A stretch of 63,993 bases of DNA, filler included, from Piptocephalis cylindrospora (lineage: Eukaryota), in assembly GCA_003614145.1 (NCBI GenBank). It is 4 parts of 4 records of this genome, joined end to end, with 100 filler letters (N's around TTAATTAATTAA, not from the genome) between each part and the next. Parts side by side here need not be neighbours in the genome. Positions count along the whole stretch, not along the records: positions 1 to 17,799 come from KZ987848.1; 3 more parts are not named here. One strand, written 5' to 3'. Positions 1-11,536 of this stretch are shown here, piece after piece (the first letter of the stretch is position 1; every line of letters begins with the position of its first letter). The translations under genes and the position numbers were made by a program. Below the pieces are notes generated by a model. It saw only the letters and a list, made by a program, of their open reading frames with translations. It did not search any database and was not told the DNA's origin.

Positions 1-51
<51 letters not shown>
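1..51. repeat. poly-C homopolymer at contig start
   Basis: About 51 consecutive C; several other contig ends in the window also lie in or near G/C runs. Confidence 0.9.
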
Positions 52-54
<3 letters not shown>

Positions 55-67
55 CAATATTCATTAG

Positions 68-264
68 CCGCAAGTAAAGCTAGAATTGCCGCCGTACCTG
101 GCGTCAAGGTGGCCGAGGCCTGGAGACAAAGCTGGTCCAATGACACCCAATCCCGCTTTTGGTCCCGTTTCACCGACAATGTCCGGCACGGTGGCTTCAT
201 CCAAATGGCCCGTAAAGGGTGCGATTACATCCATGGTTTCTTTAGTCGGGCCAACAAATCTTGA
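68..264 (+). CDS. possible terminal exon of a gene truncated at the contig start (hypothetical protein)
   Basis: Acceptor-like tcattag at 61-67, then an open frame (..ASKARIAAVPGVKVAEAWRQSWSNDTQSRFWSRFTDNVRHGG..RANKS*) ending in TGA 262-264; no family recognised. Confidence 0.35.
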
Positions 265-799
265 TCCTTGGTCTTTGAGGGACGTGGGGGAGGGAGTGTG
301 CGCTGTGTAGAGAGAGATAGAGGATCGAGTGGGAATGGGTAGGATCTAGATGGGACCATGTATTTGCTCCTTCCTATCTACGCTTCTGCATGGAGTCCTC
401 CCGTATGAACCAAAGAAGGGATCTTTAAGGGATGACTTGAAGCACAAAGAAACACATGATATACCATTCACTATCAAGTAAGGGTTTTTGTTGTGTAAAA
501 GGAAGAGAAGAAAAAAAAGTGATAAAAGAATAAAGAGAGGATTGAGGATGGATGAATGAAGGAAGATGAACAGGACAAGACAGGACAAGAATAGGAGAGA
601 AGAGTGAATGAAAAAGTAAGAGGTAGAGATATGTCTCCATCGAGAGAGTAGTCGGGGTGGGGGTCGATGATCCATCATTATGCCTCATTCCCACCTGGAA
701 TCCTCCCCCATCCTCTTCCATCCGTCCAGCCATCGTCGCCAAACACCACACATTGCTCATATGCCTCACGTCCCCTCCTCTCCATCCAAGCCTATGCCC

Positions 800-3671
800 T
801 TAACGATGTCTAGGCGAGGACCCACGATGAGCCCTACCCCCACCACCAAAGGGACTACCTTCGGGAATGGCCATCCCGGGCCCATCCAGGGAATGAGTAG
901 GAGTATGAGAGGAGGGTGAGGAATTCCGGCCAGAGGCATGGCCACCAGTCTTGGATCCCCCCTCCTTGCCTACCCCATTCCCACCACCGCTCTTGAGATT
1001 ACTGGCCCATCCTGACCCAAGACCCTTGACCTCGGACATTCTCCGTCGCGGGGCAAAGGTTCCCGGGGTGCCCGTGGATGATCCTGGCCCTCCTCCGCCA
1101 CCAGAGGAAGTACCGGATTTGGAGTGGGAAGAGGCGGAGGAGGAGGAGGCGTTGGGCCCGCCACTGGTCACTGCTCGTATCCGACCACGATTAGGGCTCA
1201 TCCCTTCCTCTCCTCCTCTCCGTCCTCCTGCTCCTCCTCCACCACCACCACCACCACCACCACCTCCTCCTCCTCCTCCTTCTCCACTTCCTTTTCTCTC
1301 TTCCCCTGTAGTCCTCCTCTCCTCCCCACGACCAAGATCTACCCATTTGCCTTCGGCATCCTCGTAGGCTGCAGCTGTCCGGTTCACCGGATCATACAGA
1401 CCCCGGGAACTCACGACTGAACCATTACCTAGACGCAACCGGGTCCCAAAGCCAATATCGGCCAAAAGTCCCGTTGGGGTTGGGGGGACCTGGGAGGGGG
1501 TACGAATGGTCGGAGCAGTAGAAGTGGCTGAGGCAGAGTGGGAATGGGAGTGAGCGGGGATAAAGTGGACGGTGGGAGAGGTAGAGACCCCAGCCACGCC
1601 CTCCTTGGCAGCCGCCACATCAATCTCCAACCTCTTCTTGCCACCCGACCCCCCGAAAGACGACCTCTTATCCCCCCCACCATCAGGATGGGAAACGGAT
1701 CTTGGAGCCCCGGGTCGTTGGGAGAAAAGAAGAGGACTGACTCGACTAGCCTTCTTGTCCCCTCCTCCACCGCCACGAGGGGAGGCCCGTCCATCAGTGG
1801 ATTCATCCTCATACGAGGATGAGGAGTCCTTGATGTGAATGGACGAGGAGGATTTGGAGTGGAAAGAGGATCCGTATTTGGACCCATGACCTGGGGAGTG
1901 AGGGGGAGAAGAGATGGCCCGATCCTTGGGTGGAGGAGCATGAATGGATGCCTCCAAGCCTTGTCTTTCTTCCCTACTCCTATCACCAACACCACCCTCC
2001 TCTCCCTCCTCCCCCTCCTCCTCATGTCCCTTGGGTAAGGGAGAGGCAGCAGCAGCCTTGATCTGGGCAAGGACCCTTTCCACATCCGAAGCCTTCTTCT
2101 CCTTGGTCGTCGGGGAGGACATCTCATGTCCGTTTCCCTTCCCCATGCCCTGCTCTGCATGGGATAGGACAGGGGATTGGGAGGAGGCGGAGGTGGTGGA
2201 TTCTGAGGTAGAAGTGGCTGAGGCAGGAGGCTTGGCCTTATAGCCCATGCGAGCCTCCAATTGACGCAACTTTTCCTTGGCTCTCTCCTTCCTGGCCTCC
2301 TCCTCCTTGGCCTCTTCAGCCTCCTTACGTAGTCTCAATTCGCGAATCTGAGCATCCGACATAGTCACCCTCTTTTCTAGGGGTCTACGAGTATTGATCC
2401 TCTCCCCTCCTCCTGCATCTGGGGAGGGCACGATGATGGGGCCGCCTCCCCGGGCGCTCCCGGGCCTCCCACCGCCCATGACTCCAGTACTTCCGCTCTC
2501 TGAGGCATGCCGGACATGCCGGCTTGGTCGATGATGTTCCACATGGCCTCCGGTGAACTCTGAACCAGCATGGGTGGAGTGACCCATGGAGGAGCCTCCC
2601 CGAGTGGGCGGTGTCCTTGAGGCACTGAGGGAGGAGGTCGAAGCGGACAGATGACTCGAGGAGTAATTGGAGGGATGATGGGGCGGAGGAGTGGAGGAGG
2701 TAGGGGGAGGGAAGGAAGGGGAGGGGCCCCGGAAGTGATGTGGGGAATGGGACCTGCCGTACCCACCACCCCCATGGGAGGAGCCCGGGGACCTGCCCAA
2801 GACCTCCTGGGATGGGTTCCGTCGTGTGGGATGGCCCCCCATGATACTAGCAGCAGGATGATGCAGGGAGGGGGAGGAGGAGAGACCGGCCCCTCCCCGT
2901 GGGGAAGGACTATGTACGGCGGGAGAGGCGTCTCCTCGGGGAAATGGAGATCTTTGTCTAGGAGGCACCGGGACCGAGCCTGGGACCTGATGATGGGTAG
3001 AGGAGGAGGAGGAGGATGATGATGATGATAAGGAGGGGGAGGAGGGGTGCTGAGTTGAAGTATACGACTTGTTCGGGGAGGATATCGAGGCGGAGGAGGA
3101 CCCCTGGCCTCGTCCTGGTCCAGACCCACGGTGGGCACTAGAACTACGGTTGGATCCGGCCGAGGAGGAGATGGACTTTGAGGTGGAGGGACTGGGAGGG
3201 ACCGGATTGGACTTGGCCGGGCTAGTCTTGACTGGGGCAGATGAGGTGGGGGCAGGGTTAGGATGTTCCTCGAGGAAGGTGGAGACCCTAACGGCGCCAT
3301 CTCCAAAGTCCAGAACCTCTGCACTAAAGTCCATGTCATCATCACTCATCTATGTGAGGGAGATGTTGTTGCGGTGAGTAGAGTAATAGGATAGAACGGG
3401 GCTCGTGCCCTTTCACTCTACCTACCTCGTCCCATTTTCCGTCAGAGACCAATGAGGCCTGATTCACCGATGGAGCGGAGGGGGACATGGGGTTGGTGGA
3501 GGAGCGTGTGCCTATGGGGGTCAGAGCGGAGGGATGAGTTCAAAGCACCAAGAGGACATGGAGCATCTGTATGGGGTAAAAACACGGATGAACCAACCTA
3601 CCAGTAGAGGCGCTGCCTTTGGCGTCCGTCGAGGTCGACCAATCACTGGTGTTCACAGCGGATCCTCCCAT
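800..3671 (-). CDS. large low-complexity Ser/Gly/Pro-rich protein, PRRC2/BAT2-like (3 exons)
   Basis: ATG at 3671 (MGGSAVNTSDW..). Two GT-AG introns join to KWDE|MSDDDMDFSAEVLDFGDG, an acidic motif resembling PRRC2 proteins. Charged coiled coil RKEAEEAKEEEARKERAKEKLRQLEAR in the 849-codon last exon. Confidence 0.6.
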
Positions 3672-4200
3672 GTTGACGAGGAGTGGATAGGGCGATGTGG
3701 GGAGGAAAGGTTGAGAAGGGTGCGGGCGGGCGGGAAGGGGCGAGGAAGGAGCTTCACACCGAGATCACTTTCAATCACTGAGGAAGAGAGAGGAGCGATG
3801 CAGGAAGAGTCGAGGTGATGAGAGAAAGACTTTGTTCAAAAGCAAGCCGAGGAGAAAAGGCGGAAACGTGTGTGTTGTGTGTGGGAGCGGTGGGAGTGGG
3901 GTGGGATGGGGGGAGAGGAAGGGAGAAATCAGTAGAGAAAGAGAGAAAGACAGAGGAAAGGAAAGCAAAGGAAGAAGAGAAGAGGAGAGACTCGGATGAT
4001 TGGAGTGGGTGCGATGTGCCTTGAAGATCCAGGCATGGGGATGAGGTGGATGGGAAGTGTGTGAGGGTGGAGGTGAGGGCTCTATCATGGTGTGCCTCAT
4101 TAAACCTACTGGCGCCTTGGAAGCGCGGAGGGCTGAACATTTACCAGTGTGAACGGGGTGGGATCTTGATGTAGGCCGTTCTGAGCGTATGTCCATGGGC

Positions 4201-4256
4201 GTGAGTCAGTGAGTGAGTGAGTGAGCGAGTGAGTGAGTGAGTGAGTGAGTGAGTGA
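4201..4256. repeat. (GTGA)n microsatellite
   Basis: About 14 near-perfect GTGA units upstream of the PRRC2-like gene. Confidence 0.9.
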
Positions 4257-4815
4257 AGTGTGGGTGTCTCATCGGGAAGGCTAGGAGGAGGAGGGAGGTG
4301 TGTTGTCCCCCTCACAAACTTTCCCTACCAAAGGGCCATACACTGAAGGGAATGAAGGTGGATGGGGTAAGAGAGCAGGAGGGGAAAGGGGGGGGATAAT
4401 TATGAGAGCTGATGATGAGGCAGAGTGGTCCAGTATGTTTCTCCCAGTTATGACACATTCACACACACGCTTGTATGAAGGGGAGTGTAATTTGAGATCA
4501 GCGTCCCAGGATTTAGAAATAATTAGGCGTTACTAGACGTTCTGTAAGGGGACGAGGGCAAATCAAATGAAGGTTGCTAGGAAAGAGTAAGGTTTTGGAA
4601 GTAACATTGCATGGAGAGTGTGCCAAAGCACAATGAGATTGAAAGCACCATGACGTAGACACACGGGTAAAACGATGTAGAGCTGGAAGCACCAGTGCAT
4701 ATATACACACATGGTCAACACACAATAAGACGACAAGGCCACAGAAAATGTATGTCCTGTACATTCCTCGGTTGGACCTATTTGATGGAATGAATGGTGG
4801 TCCATCGTCCTTTCG

Positions 4816-4851
4816 CACACACACACACACACACGCTCTCTCTCTCTCTCT
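4816..4851. repeat. compound (CA)n(CT)n microsatellite
   Basis: cacacaca..cgctctctctc run just 3' of the DnaJ gene. Confidence 0.85.
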
Positions 4852-4888
4852 ATGTAATCAATGCTGTCCTCCATGGCCATACACACAC

Positions 4889-5930
4889 TTATTTATCCCT
4901 CACCGCAGCCCTCTCTTTGGCCTTGTGACGCATCCGAAGAATGGTCAATGTCTCGTAATCCTCCATGGAGAGGGAGGATGCGGACGTGGAGGGAAGGATG
5001 GAGGACTCAGGGATGGATAGGGATGGAGTGGTGGAAGTAGAGCTAGTGCCTGAGGTAGAGGTAGAGGTAGGTGCAGCGGGAGCGGGCGGAGCCCCAGCCC
5101 ATACCCTCACATACCCAGAGAGAGTGGGGTCGTCACTCTCCATGGCCTTGATCTACATGGGCATGGAATGATCAGTAAGGAGATGTCCTTCTCTCTACAC
5201 ACAACCCATGCACTTACTGCATGAGGAAGCGTGGTAAAGGATACCAAGGCACTCATGCCCTTCTTTCCCATCACCACGGATTCCACCGGGCCGATCCGTT
5301 CAAACACCCGACACAATCCATCCTCACCCCCAATATCCTGAGCTTTGGATCGAGACCACTTGACCTGTACGGATCCCATGTTTAAGATGGAATGGAAGCA
5401 GCAGGGTTAATCATCGCATCTCCAAAACAAAAGAAGACAATCCAATCGCTTACCTTGATGGTCCGATCTAGGGAATTGACAGCCTCTTCCTTCCATGCAT
5501 CCTGTTGCTTCATCCATCGCTCCTGTTGCTGGGAAAAGGCCTGAGCCCTTAGACGATCTAGCTGTTCTTGAAGTCTTTTCTCAGCATCTTGTCTCTCCCG
5601 TCGCTCTCGATTAGCCTCCTCCTCCCGTCGTTCCAGGTCTTCCTTGAGCTTTTGTCGCTCCTGGTCCAGCTCAACAACCCGTCGCTTCTTGGCCACTCTA
5701 GCCCGGATGATCACATCATACGCTGCCCTAGCCCCCTCATCACTGAGGATCCCATAGGCTTCGGAGAGCGCATGGAATTTCTTTGACGCATTCGCATCGT
5801 CCGGATTCTTGTCCGGATGGGCCTTCAATGCAGCCTTTCGATACGCCTTGGTGATCTCGGTCTGGGTAGCCTCATGGGCAAGCCCCAAGAGTCCATAGTA
5901 GTCCGGGGGGGATTGGGCTGCTGGGGGCAT
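4889..5930 (-). CDS. CWC23: spliceosomal J-domain co-chaperone Cwc23/Cwf23 (DNAJC17), 3 exons
   Basis: N-terminal J domain with HPD ([15 protein letters not shown]), coiled coil, RRM-like segment ([21 protein letters not shown]) and C-terminal [12 protein letters not shown] motif typical of DNAJC17; introns ~5452-5365 and ~5217-5155. Confidence 0.85.
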
Positions 5931-6067
5931 TGGGATGGCTTGAGGAAGAGAGAAAAAGGAAGGGCTTTGACTATTCGCGTTACGGGTGCTAGAGTCAGGA
6001 TAGGCGTGTTATGTGCCCTTCAGTACATCTTGTACACTACAAAGAGAAAGGAATGGCCAGAAGCTCA

Positions 6068-6110
6068 AGCTGCTGCTGCTGTTGTTGTTGTTATTGTTGT
6101 TGCTGCTGCT
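6068..6110. repeat. compound (GCT)n(GTT)n(GCT)n trinucleotide repeat
   Basis: Visible directly, upstream of the CWC23 start. Confidence 0.85.
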
Positions 6111-6183
6111 GCCCACCTCAATATCCGCAGAGAGAGAAAGAGGTATATAATGTATTGCAATCTGGCACAGTGGCCCACCGGAA

Positions 6184-6832
6184 TCACCCCATTTTTGGGG
6201 AATCCACAGCGTGGACCATATCACAAACACACACCGAGGAGGAGGTCAGAGTCAGGGAAAAAAGGCCCATAGAGAGCGCCAGTATCTTGAGGAGCCGGGA
6301 GAAGAAAGGTCCAAGGATGGAAGTTAAAGGAATGTAGGGAAATACTTGGAGACAAGCATTGTTGAAAAAACTGCAGGAATCAATATCCGCAGAGAGAGCA
6401 TGAACAAAGCCCCTTAAAAAATACTTGAAATACAACATCAAAATATCGACTAAATCTTGTGCAGTGGCATCCAGTGTGGGGTTGGGAGAGAGCCCATCAT
6501 CATCATCAGAAGCACCCCACTCATCATCCAGCATGGCTTCTATCTCACCTGGAGGAAAAGGAGGATGATCAGTCTAAATGAATTACCTCACGAGAGAGGG
6601 CGGTTCCTCTTCATTACCCTCTTCCCATGCAGCAATCAATACTCCCTTCTTCTCATCATGTAAATGAAATAATATCATCCTCCCATGCAATAGGGTTCAT
6701 GTACGCGGGAGGATCATGGTCTTCATGGGGCAAACGCCCCTCTTCATTCCATAGACCATCATCATTATTGACAGGTCTAAAGTGAAGAACAGGTGGTGCC
6801 CCTACTATACAGACACTCAAAGCTCTCGACAT
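6184..6832 (-). CDS. hypothetical protein, exon structure uncertain
   Basis: Strong acceptor ctgatcatcctccttttcctccag near 6549, followed by a 116-codon ORF with an acidic N-terminus and hydrophobic C-terminal half; upstream exon ambiguous; no homology recognised. Confidence 0.3.
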
Positions 6833-7095
6833 ATGCCCTCTGCCTGGCTGCGGTGTGGACACCCTCTCCTCCCTGCTTCCCTTGTATGAGCCCAGAGGGT
6901 ATACGAAGTGGAATGTGGGAGATATAGGTGCAGTGGAGAGGTGGAGGGCGGTGTGTCTTGAAGGCCCGATGCGCAACCCTTTCCTCACCCCGCTCACCGG
7001 TTTCTCACCTTTCTTCCTCCTCTATCATCTCCTCCATCATCCCATCCTTCGTCCCATCCTCATCTTACTGATCTCCTTCCTCATCCCATACAGCC

Positions 7096-7906
7096 ATGAG
7101 TAACTTTCTCAAGTAAGTTACCCGTCCCCCGCCTCCCAGCTCCCCCCAACCTCATCTTTACCCCTCTCCCCTCCCTAGTAAACTGACCATCAAGAACAAG
7201 GTCAAAAGGCCCACCACTCCCACCTATCGTCCTGCCTTCCTTTCAGAACCCTACGTCAACACTTACATTGTCAAGGGGAACTTTAAGACGGTTGTGGCCC
7301 TACCCCGAGGTGTAGATGAGAATGAATGGCTAGCAGCAAACAGTAAGTCATCTTTTCCCAATGGAAGAAAGATACGCCTCACATTCACACACCACCTCGT
7401 CCCACCCCATCCCGTCCCGCCCCGTACCTCGTATAGCCTGTGACTTTTTCAACCACCTCAATCTCTTTTACGGCGCCATTGCCGATTACTGCACCACTCG
7501 TGAATGCCCAAGCATGTCGGCAGGCCAAGGAACCGAGTTTACCTGGACAGACGCCTCCAAGAAGAGTCTCAAGCTCGCTGCCCCTACCTACGTCGACTAT
7601 GTCATGTCCTGGGTCCAGAATCTCATTGACTCCGAGGACGTCTTCCCCACAAAGACCGACCATGGCTTTGGTCAGGACTTTATCCTCACCGTTCGCGCCA
7701 TCTTCAAGCAACTTCACCGCATCTTTGCCCATCTCTACTACTCTCACTATGAGCAGATCCTTGGCCTCCACTCCGAGGGTCACCTCAACAGTCTGTACGC
7801 CCATTTCATCGTCTTTTCCCGTGAGTTTGATCTACTAGACAAAAAGGAGCTGTCCGTCATGGCCGATCTTGTATCTGAGATGGAGGCTGCCAATCGACTT
7901 CGTTAA
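7096..7906 (+). CDS. MOB2: Mob1/phocein-family kinase activator, Mob2 type (3 exons)
   Basis: Exons ~7096-7111, 7180-7342, 7437-7906. FLSEPYVNTYIVKGNFKTVVALPRGVDENEWLA matches the Mob2 subtype; Zn ligands C-x4-C (CTTREC) and H-x4-H (HLYYSH). Confidence 0.9.
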
Positions 7907-8071
7907 GTGGTGAGAATAGAGAAAGGGAGGAGGGGGGAAGGATTGGGTAGGACAAGTCGATAATATATGATCTGTGTGTGCGAGTAGACCCTTTGAAGAA
8001 TGATGTCTACATTGTTTACCTAGCAGCATCAACAACACCATGAAGAGTATTCATTCCATTACAGAGCATGA

Positions 8072-8485
8072 TCATTTCTCCAGCTTGGGTAAAGGAGTGG
8101 CATCTAGAAGATCTAGAAGCTCCTTGGCCTCCCGTCCCTCTGGGCTATCGGCATTGGCTGGGTCTGCGTTGAGAAGGGCCTCCAACTGCCCACGGCTCTG
8201 TTCATACCGCTTCCACACATCCGGGATAATCTTCAACGTATCATCCAGGACATCATACTGCTTCTTGATGTCATATTCATCCTTATTTTCGTCCTTCATC
8301 CTTTGGATTCTTGCCTTTTGATGCTCCGCTTCCTTAAAGTACGAGGCGTGTTCTTTGTGTAGCCTGTTGTAGAATCCGGCTTAAGGTAAGCTGAGTGGTC
8401 CAGGAGGAAGAGGGAAAGGGACTCTCGAGGACCAGACTTACCGCTTCGTGGCTCCAGCCTTGATTTTGATTTCACGCAGCGACAT
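8072..8485 (-). CDS. RBL2: tubulin-specific chaperone A (TBCA/Rbl2), 2 exons
   Basis: MSLREIKIKAGATKR|LHKEHASYFKEAEHQKARI..EYDIKKQYDVLDDTLKIIPD; intron ~8441-8364. Confidence 0.92.
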
Positions 8486-8779
8486 GGGAGATTATCTGAG
8501 AGAAATGGGATAAAGAGTGGAAGGGAGAGGAATTGAGAAGGGAGAGGTGGGAAGAGAAGGTGGAAGCTCCTTTATGCTCCCCCGCCTTAGACGAGACACA
8601 CCCTGAATCATCCATGACCAGATGCTTCGTCACCTGGATACAACTCCACGCTTCACCCAAGCCCAACTCAGATGGCCCTTATCGATTACCCGCTACCAGG
8701 ATCCAACTTGCCTTCTCTGATCCTGACTAGACGGTAGCCGCCACCTCGTTCCAAAATTCAACTCAATCTCCATCCAAAA

Positions 8780-8785
8780 ACGCGT
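8780..8785. promoter_or_regulatory. MCB-like ACGCGT element in the divergent RBL2/SLD5 promoter
   Basis: AAAACGCGT about 95 bp upstream of the SLD5 ATG; MCB boxes regulate DNA replication genes in yeasts; function here is inferred. Confidence 0.4.
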
Positions 8786-8875
8786 CTCCCATCTTCAGCC
8801 TTTAGGGGATAAGGCTTGAGTAGAAAAAGATAACAAAGAATCTCACCCACCTCTCATTCCATCCCCTCATCCACC

Positions 8876-9975
8876 ATGACAATTCAAGACCCCTCAGATG
8901 ACTTTCTTGACGGACTCCTTCAAGAGGTGGAAAGACCCAGTAGAGAAAGGTCTTCCAGGACTGCCGTAGGCCATGGCCCTACCCAGACCCAGAGCAGCGG
9001 TCTCACCTCCTTCTTAGACACCTCCACCATCGATCCCATTGATCCTGTTCAAGGTCTAGAGGGCGGATCCTTGGAAATGGAGGAGACCGGAAACCTGGCT
9101 CGGCTGAACCGGTGGTGGGTTAACGAGCGAGGTGCACCTGATGTTCTAGTCTATCAGGAAGAGCTAGTCCAACGCATTCGGCACGACCTTGAGCAACATG
9201 TATGTTTTTCGACTTGACCTGACTCGATCCGGCCCCCTCTCAACCTATCCCATTCCATCCCACGCTATCCTGATCCCATCCCTTAGGCTGAACTCGTAGA
9301 AAGTCAATTAGAAATCAATGATCCGGAAAAACGATTCTTTGCCACCATTCAACAAGCCGAGCTGGAAAGAGCCAGGTACATCCTACGAAGCTACCTTCGA
9401 GCTCGATTATCCAAGGTAAATCCTCAACTTGAATTCTCTACACCATTCATCTCATCATTATCACTCGATCATCTCCAAGCTCGAAAAATACCCTTTGTAC
9501 TATTTAGAGAATGCTGACATCCTCTCCAGCCTCCCACCGCATGAAAAAACCTATGTCAAGGGGTACTGGAAGATCAAGTCCAAGTTCTTCAACGACACCG
9601 TTTGCTCCGTTGTGCCTACGACCATGACTAGTCTAACGGAGAATACCCTTGGAAGGGACATGAGTACGTGTGTATGCGGGCTCATTCCATGTGTTTACCT
9701 ACTCACTGGTCACTTCCTTGGACTAACCCTTCATCATTATGTAGGGGCCCAACCCAATGACATGACCGCCATATTTGCACGTGTCATCAAGACCGTGGGC
9801 TCTTTTCAACTTTCTTCCGGGTAAGTGTAGATCATGTTGCTGGAGGTGTGTACAGCGCCCTCCTCTCACTCTTCTTCACAGGGAGAATGTCACCGTACAC
9901 AAGGGAAACCAATTCCTTCTGCGATGGAAGGATGCAAAGCCACTCTTGGAGGAAGGATGTATCGAGCTGATCTAA
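8876..9975 (+). CDS. SLD5: GINS complex subunit Sld5 (GINS4), 5 exons
   Basis: WWVNERGAPDVLVYQ, ELERARYILRSYLRARLSK|LEKYPLY and C-terminal KGNQFLLRWKDAKPLLEEGCIELI*; GT-AG introns ~9199-9286, 9416-9479, 9664-9744, 9821-9880. Confidence 0.92.
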
Positions 9976-10274
9976 TGATCTAGAGGAGATGTCCCAAAGT
10001 AATGGCCTCCTAGACATCCTCACCCATCCCTTCATCCAGTGCAATGGGATGAGTGAGGATGCTGAGCTCGTCAGCCTCCTGTGTATCTTCCCTACCCTCC
10101 CCCCGTCCTCCCATTTCGTAAATAAACGACTATCCTCGTCCCACTCCCAAGGTCAGAAATCTCTTGATTCTTCATTTCCTCTTCTCACCTACGCACACGC
10201 GCATAATTGGATGATCCAACTGTCTTATCCCACGTCCTTAAAAGGACCTATCCCATCCCCATTAACCCCACCTC

Positions 10275-11536
10275 TTACTGAGAAAGCTTCCTCGTAATCT
10301 CCGCAGCCTGTTCCTGTCTCTGCCCCTCCTTCCGGGACATGTAATCAATCACCAATCTCCATGGAGAGAGGATGAGCTAGAAGATGGGAGCATGTCAGTT
10401 GAAAGAGCGAGTTCATCTCCATCCCCACATTCCCCTCACACTTACCGTCCCAATCACACCGAGGGCAAAGTCCAAGATGGGCCAGTGGGAAGGGACTACT
10501 CCTCCAACAGAGGACCTCAGGAGCATACCAATAGGATCCGAGGTGATCTGGTAATGGCCACGGTTGACTCCTTGGATCAGGGCCTTGGCGGCCACATCAG
10601 CCGTGATACCCTCATCAGCCCCCTCGATCCTTTTGGTAATATCGGGTTTGGTGAGGTTCTCCCTCTCGTAGCCCTTGGTAAGCATGTTGCCCGGGAAGTA
10701 GATGTGAATATCGATCCCGTACATGAGCATCTCATTCCTCAGAACATCTGCCAAGCCACGCAGGGCATACTTGGAGGCACAGTATCCAGAGTATCCGACA
10801 ATCCCCATGAAGGAGAGGACTGATGCCACAAAAATGATCTTGCAGCCCTTGGGCTTGCCTCCCTCCACCATCCTACGGATCGCCGCATGGCTCGTATATA
10901 AGGCGGTGTGGTAGACGATGGACATGTTGGAGGCCAGCTCATCTGCATCCTGCTCAACAAACATACCTGGGAAGCTTGCGCCTAAGGGAGAGGAAGAGAG
11001 AGATATATATAAGCAAGCGTAAATAACATTCCTCTCCTCATCCGCATCAACTTACCAGCACATAGAAAGACATAGTCTGGGATAGAGCCATGTCGCTCCT
11101 CCGAGGTGCGAATGGCCTCGATGGCCTTTTCCTTGTTGGTCAGATCGGCCGATACCCATTCAAACCTCTGGTTCTCCTCCAGACGCATCTCCTCCAACTC
11201 AGCCGTCGTGGACCGTAGTAGATCCTCATTCCTAGCAACAATCGTGACATGAGCCCCAAGCTTGGCCAATTCCAAGCCGACCGAGCGACCCAGGCCCTGG
11301 TTTCCACCAGTGACAATGCAGTGCTATTCCCATAGAAAAGGAGAGAGTGAGCGAGGCAAACCCGCCCCACCCTCCCATACCATCCTTACCTTGCCCTTGG
11401 GTTGAAAAGAAGAAGGCATAGCCGAGTAGAGGTAAACACCAAGAGTGATGGCTAGGGTCAAGACCGTAACGGATGTGGCAAGAAGCGATGGAGGACTAAG
11501 CCACGATGTAAACAGAGAAGTTAAAGTGTTCCACAT
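10275..11536 (-). CDS. TSC10: 3-ketodihydrosphingosine reductase (SDR family; Tsc10/KDSR), 4 exons
   Basis: N-terminal TM anchor, Rossmann motif HCIVTGGNQGLG, catalytic YSGYCASKYALRGL, FPGNMLTKGYEREN motif; last exon 10376-10275. Confidence 0.9.

Noticed and set aside
951..3377. Many long antisense and alternative-frame ORFs over the PRRC2-like gene (also over FAB1, DBP10 and the LRR gene)
   Set aside because: These are shadow ORFs from GC-rich, low-complexity coding sequence that lacks stop codons; they contain no domains.
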